DNA of 64,000 nucleotides from Pocillopora damicornis (Eukaryota): NCBI RefSeq assembly GCF_003704095.1, contig NW_020843690.1, positions 124,001 to 188,000 of the forward strand, read 5' to 3'. Shown piece by piece: positions 53,834 to 64,000 of this stretch (position 1 is its first letter; each line of letters starts with the position of its first letter). The notes under the pieces were generated by a model. It saw only the letters and a program-made list of their open reading frames with translations, ran no database searches and was not told where the DNA came from. The position numbers and the translations under genes were made by a program.

Positions 53834-54393
53834 GAATAAAGTAAATGAGTGCAACAAAAAGCGTTTATTTAGTATATCCGGTGAATTTACAGAAATATTA
53901 AAGAAATATTTTCACCAATTACAAATTGATGAAGGCAGAGACAAAGATGTCTATCCTTTTTAAAGTAAAGGAAATTGTGTCTCGGTTTTGTCCAGAATTG
54001 AAATCAAGAAAAGCATTGTTTCCTTGACCTCACGATATTTCTATATACTTTTTCTTGCAATCGCGAGAACGTAAGAACAAACGTAAGCTCCCTCAGCCTC
54101 AGGTCAAAATGAAGTGCAGTCGACAATACTACCAGTCGTAACACTAGCTACAGCCCTTCTCTTTTAATTTACGTAGATCAACATTCACAAGAAACTTGTA
54201 GTTTTAAATAATCAGACTAAAATTAAAGTAAGGGGAAAAAGACGATATCCTTTTTATTGTTGTACACATACTTCTTTCTACAGTAATAAGAAAATTGCTT
54301 ATGTCTATCTGTAGTTTTATCTAACTACACAAAATCGATGCTGTAACTCTACTTCTCCTGTGCGGCTTTTTTTGGTTTGGGGATAGCCCTTAA

Positions 54394-56174
54394 TTACTGA
54401 GTGTATTTCTTCCAGGGAAGGCTGCTCAGCATCTGAAAGAAATAAAATTGGAAATGTATCGGGTTGGAGATGAGTTGGGGTGTAACTAAACTGAGGATCA
54501 TTATTTATTTATTTACTTTTTTAACTGAAAATTAATGGTTCCGCATTTTCTGCTGGTTCCGGAGGTTTCGCGGTCTAATGATCCATAGTTTAGTAACACC
54601 AGATGAGTTGTTATGCTTTACTTTGGTCGGGATCACAATCATGTATCTGTTATCATATCTTAGCTAGCGCAAAACGGAATGAGAGAGAGGCTTAAACGTC
54701 ATCAACTTATCTGAGTTTACGCAGCTCCCTGGCGTAATGATTATAGACGAATTTCTCAACATATTTTGATATTTTTTAGGACATTACATTACCATGGCAA
54801 CAAACAGCCCCACTACACTCTCAAAAACGAATTCGGTAACCCCTACAAAAAGTAAATGAATAGCGATCAACCTGACAGTATTTAATTTCTTGCTAAGTTC
54901 TGAAAAAATCTGTACGTAATGAGCCACCTTAAATTATCAAAAATAAATCTGCCTGAACTGTATATAAACCTTTTTTGGAAAAAAATTGCAGTTCTATACA
55001 TACCTATACAAAGTTCCTTTCGAAACGGATTTTTTTATATAAGCAATCAAAAACATGGGATTTACCTCAATAATATTGTCCTTTGTGAAAGGGGTATCGA
55101 GGTCTCCCTTCGGCCTAATGTATCTTTTGAAAGAACGGCCCTCAGGCACAACTATTTCTACTTCGTCTGGAAAAGGACTGTGCTCGTTAAGCTGCCACAA
55201 TTCTTCAGGATTCTCTTTTAGAATTTCCGGCATCCTCTTAAAATCGGTAAAAACGCTTAAACCTATCGAGAGAAAAATAGCAATAGATCAGAACGAATTA
55301 CTACACTCATTTTGCAAACTAAGGGATTATTAATATTCTCTTGACGAGAATTATTCTCAGCAAATACTCCTGATGAAAATGCTTAACCTTACTGAAAGTA
55401 GGTTGACCGGAATGTTTATCGAAAGATTTTAATGCCATATACATTGAGCAACCGAGTACAAGTAAGTCAACAATGGGAATGAACGGTTGGCGAAAACAAA
55501 TTAAATAGATTTTCATTCTGGGAAGTTAGGGAAAGTATGTTCTATTGCATACATGGTTGTTTTGTAACCGATTAAAAGTGCGCTCTGCTACTTAAACCAA
55601 CAAAAGTACACAAATATTAAGAGGCAAATTAAGCGCACGCATACGAGGTTGTGAACATGACTTGCATTGCCTCTGGGTAATTAAGAGAGCGTTAACATCA
55701 AAACAAGTCTTAAATGTACGAAATCTTTCTAAATGTGAGGAACCCTTTTTTTCATCAAGCAGTTAGCTAGTTTGATCATTATTCCAATACATGGGGTATT
55801 TTTTTAGGAAAAAACGTCTTTGCCAACCATCGATAACCCATATGGTGATCTCTAAGATGTCTACAGAGGTAAACTGCCTTCAGACCGGCAAAATATGAGA
55901 TGGTAATACCTAAATATGGCAAAATATTGCCTCTGTCCTCCGGAGAGTACCAAAAATCGTATTTTATGTCCCATTCGCTTATCTCCCTTTTCATGAGCCT
56001 TTCGTAGAGATTTGGATCGAACGGTTGGATTTTCTTTATGACGTCTTTCCTAACAATGGCCTGGTGTTTAGAACCCCTCCTGATCAATTTCAAACCATTT
56101 ATCCTTTTCCTGTAATTAAACTGGAACTGCTTTTCTTGCTCAAGGCTCACGAGAGTTCCTTCATTTGTAGCCAT
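54394..56174 (-). CDS. Tse2-like ADP-ribosyltransferase-fold protein C, 3 exons, 166 aa
   Basis: Exons 56174-55910, 55262-55066 and 54432-54394 total 501 nt and are open. Motifs: LKLIRR, KYDFWYSPEDRGNILP, GLSVF, LWQLNEHSPFPDEVEIVV, RYIRP, EMLSSLPWKK. Intron positions and phases (1, 0) match the 28-30 kb gene. Confidence 0.72.
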
Positions 56175-56619
56175 GTTGGCACTTTCTAGATGAGGATATA
56201 TCTTGACCGATCACGCAGCTACATTCTCGGGAATGACGTGCCTGCACAGCGTGTTATTTTGGTTACTAGCAAACATTTACCCTAAAAAGTTAATATTCAT
56301 GATATATTACTAATATTGTCGTCCTCCTTTTTCAAAATAGGGTTGAATTGAAAAGAAAAACGTTCACTGAGTTCGTCTCAAGAAGTGAGTGAGTACACAA
56401 AATGTTTCGAAGCAGCGCTCTTTTTGTGAAAAAAATTGAATTAAGAAAGTGCAAACGTTAACGACAATTATCTCTGAGAAAATGTCGTTTTTTCTATACG
56501 TCTAAGGAAGTGTTATAAATACATCTAAGGAAGGCTACCTGTTGTAACACGTCCAACTCAACCGGATTATGGGTTCAATTGGCCATTATGATACGTCTAG
56601 ACTTCCACCGAACGTCAGA

Positions 56620-56910
56620 AAAAAATAACTGACCAAAACAAATAATCCAGCTCTAGATTTAATACTTCTTTGAATAAAAGGTCAGATAAGAACAAAAGAT
56701 TATTAGGATAAGCAAAGTAGAGGCAAAATAAACTTTTTCACAATGATAATGGAATGAATTTTTAGGAAAAAATAACTGACCAAAACAAATAATCTAGCTC
56801 TAGATTTAATACTTCTTTGAATAAAAGGTCAGATAAGAACAAAAGATTATTAGGATAAGCAAAGTAGAGGCAAAATAAACTTTTGCGCAATGATAATGGA
56901 ATGAATTTTC
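56620..56910. repeat. ~146-bp direct tandem duplication
   Basis: aaaaataactgaccaaaacaaataat...gataatggaatgaatttt occurs twice in succession. Confidence 0.9.
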
Positions 56911-57134
56911 ACTTCCTTGCTGTCATTTAGCAATTAATGAAATTCATCTCACGTGCTGATACAGTGAAAAGACCAACAGCATAGCCAATGAAAATAATTG
57001 TCATTGTCATGAAAATTTAGGTAGAAGTGAAAGGAATTAAAGTCAACCGTCCGTTTAAGATCCATCAAACAAACCGCGAGTGCCTGTCTTCAAGGTAAGG
57101 TAAGTTAGATTTGTGGGGCTATGATAATATATAA

Positions 57135-57135
57135 A

Positions 57136-57180
<45 letters not shown>

Positions 57181-57725
57181 TATAGCAAGTAATTTAGTGT
57201 AAACAACTGGGTTGAAAACGTAAATTAGCTACCGTAAAGGGTAAAAAAGCTGACGTTTCGAGCGTTAGCCCTTCGTCAGAGCGATTAGAGGAATTGTGGG
57301 TTGTGTGTGGATTTATATGTAGGAAGTGGAGCTACGCCATTGGTGGGAATGTGGTGACGAGAAAACAGGAATAAATTAGTTGAATGAAAAGCGCTCGTTG
57401 ATTCCGTGGGGATTAAGGGTGCCGATTTGCAATATAAATTTTTGTTCTAGTGTTTTACGGCTTTCCGAACTGCCTATAGATGTAAGGAAAGGCCGCAAAC
57501 TGCCATATGCTGTTTAGAATGATAAGGAAGATTAAAGTGTCTAGCGACTGGTTTGGATGCGTCCTTGTCATTTCTTTCCACATCGCGAAGGTGTTCTCGG
57601 AATCGGTCACCCAGTCGTCTTCCTGTTTCGCCGATGTATAACTTATTGCAATAAGTGCAAGTTATGCAGTAAATAACATTGGCGGAGGTACACGTAAAGT
57701 GATCAATGATCTTAATGGATCTTTT
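57135..57725 (-). mobile_element. 5'-truncated Penelope-like retroelement: degenerate GIY-YIG endonuclease plus terminal repeat
   Basis: Minus strand reads TCTSANVIYCITCTYCNKLYIGETGRRLGDRFREHLRDV...VARHFN...(frameshifts)...GTLNPHGINERFSFN*, followed by the terminal repeat. Confidence 0.88.
57247..57284 (-). ncRNA. Minimal type I hammerhead ribozyme motif in the Penelope terminal repeat
   Basis: Minus strand GCU-CUGACGA-AGGGCUAACGCUC-GAAAC-GUC^AGC has the CUGANGA/GAAA core, stem II GGGC/GCUC, a palindromic minimal stem III and stem I GCU/AGC. Confidence 0.65.
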
Positions 57726-58057
57726 GGTTGCCCCAAACCCCCAGAGGGCCAGTTCTCATCTTTAGATTTTTTCCTCAAAAAATGTCGCCACNNNNNNNNN
57801 NNNNNNNNNNNNNNNNNNNNNNNNNNNNNNNNNNNNNNNNNNNNNNNNNNNNNNNNNNNNNNNNNNNNNNNNNNNNNNNNNNNNNNNNNNNTTTAATTTG
57901 AAACCATCCAGCTGAAATTAAGGTAACGGGAAAAAGAAACGATATCTGTACGTAATGAGCCACCTTAAATTCTGTACAGTTTTATACATACCTTTACATA
58001 GTTCCCTTTGAAACGAATTTTTTAGATAGAATAAGCTATCAAAAATATGGCATTTAC

Positions 58058-59284
58058 CTCAATAATATTGTCCTTTGTAAAAGGGGTATCGAGGTCTCCC
58101 TTTGGCTTAATGTATCCTTTGAAAGGACGATCGTCAGGCACAATTATTTCTACTTCGTCTGGAAAAAGACTGTGCTCGTCCAGCTGCCACAACTCTTCAG
58201 GATTCCCTTTTAGATTTTCTGGCATCCTCCTAAAGTCGGTAAAAGTACTTAAACCTATCGAGAGAAAAAATAGCCGGCAATAGATCAGAACGAATTACTT
58301 CACTAATTTTGCAAACTAAAGGATTATTTCGTTCTCTTGACGAAAATTATGATGATGATGAAAATGCTTAATCTTATTGAATTGAGCTATCGAATACAAT
58401 AAAGTCACCAATAGAAATGAACAGATAACGAAACCAAATAGAGGCTTATCGATGGCGGAACTTAGACTACAACGGTTGCTGAAATAAACACTTTTCATTC
58501 TGAGAAATTAGGGAAAGTATGTTCTATTGCATATATGGTTGTTTTGTGACCGCTCTGATTGGTTAGTTATAGGGAATCACGGTTGTTTTATCGTCCTCTT
58601 TTGAATCTGCCATTTCGATTCAACACGTTGAAACCAGAAACATTTCAATATAGAAATTTCTTGCTTTAAAAATTGGTTTTATAGAAGGTTTAGCTGTGTA
58701 TCCATCTACTTCAGCTATTTAGAACCAACAAACTACACAAATATTACAAGACAAATTAAGTGCGCGCATACGAGGTTGTGAACATGACTTACATCGCCAT
58801 TGGGTAAACAATTAAGAGAACGTTAACATCGAAACAAGTCTTAAATGTATGAAATTTTTCTAAATGTGAGGAACTCATTTTTTTTTTTTTGGCAAGCAGT
58901 TAACTTGTTTTATAATTTTTCCGATACATGGGTTATTTATTACAGAAAAAACCTACGGTAATCTCTAAGATGTCAACAGATGTAAACTCCCATCAGATTG
59001 GCAAAATATGAAATAGTAATACCAAAATATGGCAAAATATCGCCCTCCGGAGAGTACCAAAAATCGCATCGAATGTCCTCTTCTCCTATCTCCCCTCTCA
59101 TGAGCCTTTCGTAGTGATATGGATCGAGCGGCCTGATTTTCTGTTTGACACGTTCTCTAACAATGGCTTGTCGTCTCTTTCCCCTCCTGATGAATTTCTT
59201 TCCCCTCTCTATCTTTTTCCCGTAATTAAACAGGAACTTCTTTTCTTCCTCAAGGTCTACAAGAGTCCTTTCATTTCTAGCCAT
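58058..59284 (-). CDS. Tse2-like protein D, tandem paralog of 54394-56174; exons 1-2 intact, exon 3 not visible
   Basis: Exons 59284-59023 (MARNERTLVDLEEEKKFLFNY...CDFWYSPEGDILPYF) and 58254-58058 (GLSTFTDF...NIIE). The gap 57792-57891 and the Penelope fragment lie where exon 3 is expected. Confidence 0.68.
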
Positions 59285-59811
59285 GCCAATTGGGACTTTG
59301 TAGATGAAGTGAACAAATCTGTTCGTAAGGATATATCTTCTATTTGAATATATAACCTTACGGATCTCGGTAATGACGTGCATGCACAGCGTGTTATTTT
59401 AGTTACTAGCAAACATTTACCCCAGAAGCTTAATATTCATGATATATCATTAATACTGTTGTTCTTCTCTTTCAAAATAGGGTTGGATTGAAAAGAAATA
59501 CCTTTAATGAGTTCGCCACAAGAGGTGAGTGAGTACTAGTAAACAAAATGTTTCGAAGCAGCGCTCTTTTTATGAGGAAAATTGGATTAAGAAAGTGGAA
59601 AACGTAAACGACAATTATCTCTTACAAAATTGCACATGGGAATTTATGAATACTTTACTACCTGTTGTAACAGGTCCAAATTATCCGGATAACGAGTTCA
59701 ATTGGTCATTATGATATGTTATGTCTAAACCCTTATTGAATGTAAGAAAAAAATAATTGACCAAGACAAATATTGCAGTTCTAAATTTTACAGTTCTTCA
59801 AGACTCTTCAA

Positions 59812-59915
59812 GACCCCTCCTGATAAATTTAAATCTCCTTATCTTTTTCCTGTAATTAAACAGAAATTGCTTTTCTTCCTCAAGGTTTTACAAGAGTCCC
59901 TTCTTTTCTAGCCAT
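59812..59915 (-). pseudogene. Truncated, frameshifted exon 1 fragment of a further Tse2-like copy
   Basis: MARKEGTLV(fs)LEEEKQFLFNYRKKIRRFKFIRRG, then the homology stops. The upstream flank 59915-60420 is homologous to 59290-59800 and 56530-57125. Confidence 0.8.
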
Positions 59916-61116
59916 ATTGGGACTTTGTAGATGAAGATATATCCCTACCGTCATTACCGATCCGCAATCTCGGTAATGACGTGCATGCACAACGTGTTAT
60001 AAATACTTTACAACTTGTTGTAACAGGTGCAAATTATCCGGATAATGAGTTCAATTGGCCATTACGACATGTTAGGTCTAAACCCTTATTGAACGTCAGA
60101 AAAAATAATTGATCAAGACAAATATTGCAGTTCTAAATTTTACAGTTCTTCAAGGATAAGCAAAGTAGAGGCAAACTAAACTCTTGCGCAATGCTAATCG
60201 AATGAATTTTCACTTTCTTTTTGTCTCCCATTTTAGTTTGCGAGATAATTCATTGCTGAATTAGCAATTAGCGAGACTCATCCCACGTGCTCACATGCGT
60301 GTTCATGAAAATTTAATGAGAAATGTAAGAAAGAAAGACCACTGTCCGTTGAGATCCCAAACAAACTGCTACTGCCTGTCTTCAAGGTAAGATAAGTTGG
60401 ATTTGTGAGGCTATGATTAAATGTGTAACAGAAATATATAAATACCCAAATTGGACCTGAATGGACAAAAAAAAAATTTCTAGATTAGAGCTTTATTACA
60501 AGAAATACTAAATTTGCTACATTGCGGTGTTGTTTGAAAAATTCTGAAAGCTATACGATTCAGAACAAAATCTTCAGTTGAACAATACTTTAGGTTTTCA
60601 AGGGCAAATGAACCTTCTAAATAATAAAAAAATTCATCTAATAAGACTAAAGTAATCATGAAGTCTCGTAAACATGCATGAGAAATTGCGGCCACATGGA
60701 TATCAGAGAAATGAAGAGAGTATTGAAGAAATCTTTTTTCAGTGAAATCACCGAGATGTACTAAACGTTTTCAAAGAAACAATGGAGAGAGGCACTTTGT
60801 ATTTGCAGTTCGGTAAGTACAGTAAATTCTTTTTCAATTGTTTTAATTGCAATGCTCACCAAATAGCTCTAAATTTTCCAAAGTTGCCATGTCAACCGTA
60901 CGCCGAGGAATATAGGAGAACGAGTAATAACGCAGTTGAAGTTCAGTGATATAAACGATAGAAAGCAATTATCAAAAACAGGTGAAGAAAGCGTTGAAAA
61001 GCCGGATAAAACGTTTAGACCATTTAAAACTTAACAGTAAGAAATTCGATCCTCACTACTGATAAAGGGCTCGCTCTCGTTCTTAATTCTTTCTAAGAAG
61101 ACATTGTGGTACAATA

Positions 61117-62204
61117 CGGTGGCCCGTAAGGGACTTCAGAACCCAACCGTTTATTTTGAGATAGATTTATGATATTTGTAATTTTTTATCGCTATTTTTT
61201 TTCTTAAAACCATCTTTCCCTTTTTTTTTTACAAACGTGTAATTGCACTGAAATCATTTTACCAGAAAGGTACAAATTGCCTTTCGTCGCACAACTCGGG
61301 ATTCTAAAATTTTCAAAACGACTTAGGATAAATCCTGAAATTGGAGTTGTAATCCTTTGGCAAACTATACTGATCGGTCTTACGATCAGATTAGGCACTA
61401 ACGGAATTTGACGGCTTTGAATTTTTAAATGCGGATGTAACAGACGAAATAAAAATTTGAAATGACAAAATTTGTCCTTTGATTTTGTCGGAACAGTTCT
61501 AGTTTTGTCCGCTAGTGCGGAAAGACCCAAATACTACATGTTATTTTGGCTTTTGGATGCAGTTTCCAGAGACCCAAAGACAAAGATATATAACACTCCC
61601 CGACGAAACTTGTAGAGTTATCAAGGCAGTCATAAACATTGCATCCTTTCTGTTCTTTCTGCATTGAAAAATAAACGCAAACACGTTTATTGACATTTAC
61701 AGAAAACAAAAGGTAATAACAATTCAGGTAAAATACGTACACTATGCAAACCATGCACACTATGCGTGTATCTGAAAACTCTACGAGACCGGAATTTCGA
61801 AGTTCGCGAGACCCCTCTGTTCCACTGTTCTTTCCCGAGGTCCGTACAACTTATAATTTTCATCAGATGCTGTTGCAACGTTCACAGGAAGTTATGTCAC
61901 GCAATTAAAACTGACCGCAGCGTATCGGTGGGTACATCTAATGGTTACAGTACGCTTATTACTCGGGCTTCCGTACGTTGTTGAATGCTTGATTTTTATT
62001 GGGTTCAACACTTGTAAAGTACGGTTTGTTATTTCGTACATAATCACTATTATTATTGCTTGCGGTGTATCTCTTAAGGTTGGGTTGTGGAAAAAAAACC
62101 TGGGTTTGTGGGAAAAAACTTGGGTTTTGGAAAAAAAACATGAGTTTTGAAAAATAAAACCTGAGTTTTAAAGAGAAAGATACAGTGACACTTACGGGCC
62201 ACTG
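61117..62204. mobile_element. Non-autonomous TIR element with TA target-site duplication (Tc1/mariner-like)
   Basis: TA-cggtggcccgtaag ... cttacgggccactg-TA (TIR with one mismatch); no transposase ORF. Confidence 0.75.
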
Positions 62205-63834
62205 TATCTACCGTACCCTTAATGCTTAGAAGTCAATTGTTTTCTAAATCAAGTATCCCTTAACATATTAAATTTTATTTGCTCGAAAGGTCTTCCCCAA
62301 TCCTAATGGACGAGAAACTCACTGTTTTCAGGGCAGGAACAAAGGATGGGCCTTCGTTTTCGTTTTCTAATGACCACGGCGTTCGAGGTATGATAATAGT
62401 CAGGGCAGTGATGATACGCACGTAAATATATATCTGTGCATGGAAAGTGCCAAAAACGTGAAGACTCATGGAAAGCGTCATCAATGCTTTGACAAGTTTG
62501 CTTCATAGATACTGGCCGGCAGAATGACAGCTAAAAGCAAACCACAGGATTCAGATAGATGATTTTGAACCGAATGAATATTAAGACACCAATAATTGTT
62601 TTAAAAACGACTCAAACTACTTTGACAGGATATATGCACTCAATCGCAAAAACTTTGACCCGAAGAAGCATGAGCAAGGAACGATGAGACTTAATGACTT
62701 TGTGAGTACACATGCACATTATCACCGCGATTAGTTGCACGTACATGGTAAATGTTGAAGCCATCCATGCTTTCCTGAAAGAAAATAATCATCGTAAACA
62801 AAGATTTTCATTAATAATGGAAAACAATATAATATCAACTGCTGATATTCTCCTTTTAGACCCTTGCTAAGCTTCTAAAAATTTCCAGGCAACCCCCTCT
62901 TCATTGCAATTCTCCGCTTCATGAAATTTAGAGTTACAGAAGTATGGTGTAAAACCCCAACCCTAAGTTTGTCGCACAAATTAACCGTCAAGCGTCAAAG
63001 CCATCTCTCCTCCCGCTCAAAGAGACCCTCTTATGAGAAATAACATTAGATTTTATTCCAGAAAAGAATGGGACTGTCCAACAACCACATGATGTCTGGA
63101 TGATTACCGAGCCTAATCTGTACTTTCCTCTTAATCAAAGAGGAAAAACCACTGTTCGTCTGTTCAAAGTCGATATTTGGCCGAGTGACTTTGATGAACT
63201 AAAGGTGAAAAAGCATTTTTAGTTCCATGGAATATGCGTTGCTGAAGTGAGTTGTATGGAGGCCTCAGTACCTCCTTTATATTAAGTATAAAAAGAATAC
63301 CTGCCATGTAATGTTATATTATGTTGCAGAAAAGGACATGGAAAATTGTGACGACAAATTGCCGCTAAAGTTACTCTAACAACTCATTTGGGTATGCTTG
63401 ACACCACTGAGTGCCTTTAAAAACGGCTATCTAAGAGGGCGGCGTGAAATTGTTACCTGCACTCTCCTCTGCTAAACTTAAATTTCTCAATTTGCAGAGG
63501 AGTTCAGAGTCAAATTTTTGTTTAGCTCTTAAATCATGCTAAACGATTATTCGCCTCAGTCTTAGTAATTATAGTAAAATAATGTTTACTACCCCCTATA
63601 TTTTTTGTAAGTATACATTAAGCGTGATCATGACTTTTATCTTTTTCTTGAAAGGCCTAGCATTGTAGCATAAATTAGGAAAGATTCCTCATTATACTAC
63701 CCCCTATACTCCCTCACAATGTAGTGAGGGCATGTGCATAATTATGTGTGAATTCATAAAATCTCTTCTATTCCTCTCAACTGCACAATTTACGTAGTTT
63801 TTATCAAATTCATTCTGTTCCAGTGGAACGCCGT

Positions 63835-63920
63835 TCGATCTGACGAGGGGCTAACACTCGAGATGTTAGCTTTGAAACTCAAAGTGGCCAATTTACGTTA
63901 TAAATTCAGTTGATAAAATT
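63835..63920 (+). repeat. Degenerate Penelope terminal-repeat fragment
   Basis: ctgacgagggggctaacactcgagatgttagctttgaaactc...gtggccaatttacg, similar to 16531-16610. Confidence 0.6.
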
Positions 63921-64000
63921 GAAAATACCCTGTCATTCTGTTCCAAACTCTTTCCTTTGCCATTTGTAACTATAGAGTAAAAGTAGACGACAATTGAAGG

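Noticed and set aside
62275-62506. Short minus-strand ORFs as a terminal exon
   Set aside because: No recognisable motif or convincing upstream exons.

Overview
AT-rich, intron-containing eukaryotic scaffold with several N-gaps. The SINE, Penelope and MITE families and the NRY-type GPCR point to an anthozoan, probably a stony coral (inference). All gene models were spliced by hand using GT-AG sites and phase matching. The left part (1-27 kb, + strand) holds a TKL-type kinase gene with one disrupted exon, an RNase Z-like metallo-beta-lactamase, an unknown protein with YPPIH repeats, an SMPDL3B-like phosphodiesterase with a same-strand class A GPCR nested in one intron, and a truncated GPCR copy. 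The right part (28-60 kb) is a duplicating, birth-and-death locus. It contains an intact, divergent 6-exon gasdermin-like gene (~431 aa, 43956-47470, minus) flanked on both sides by small spliced genes that resemble Tse2-type ADP-ribosyltransferase-fold toxins: two complete, one missing its last exon at a gap, one longer pseudogene and two remnants. This gasdermin plus Tse2-like cluster is the best candidate for an undescribed immune or cell-death system. Family assignments rest on motif recognition, not on database searches.
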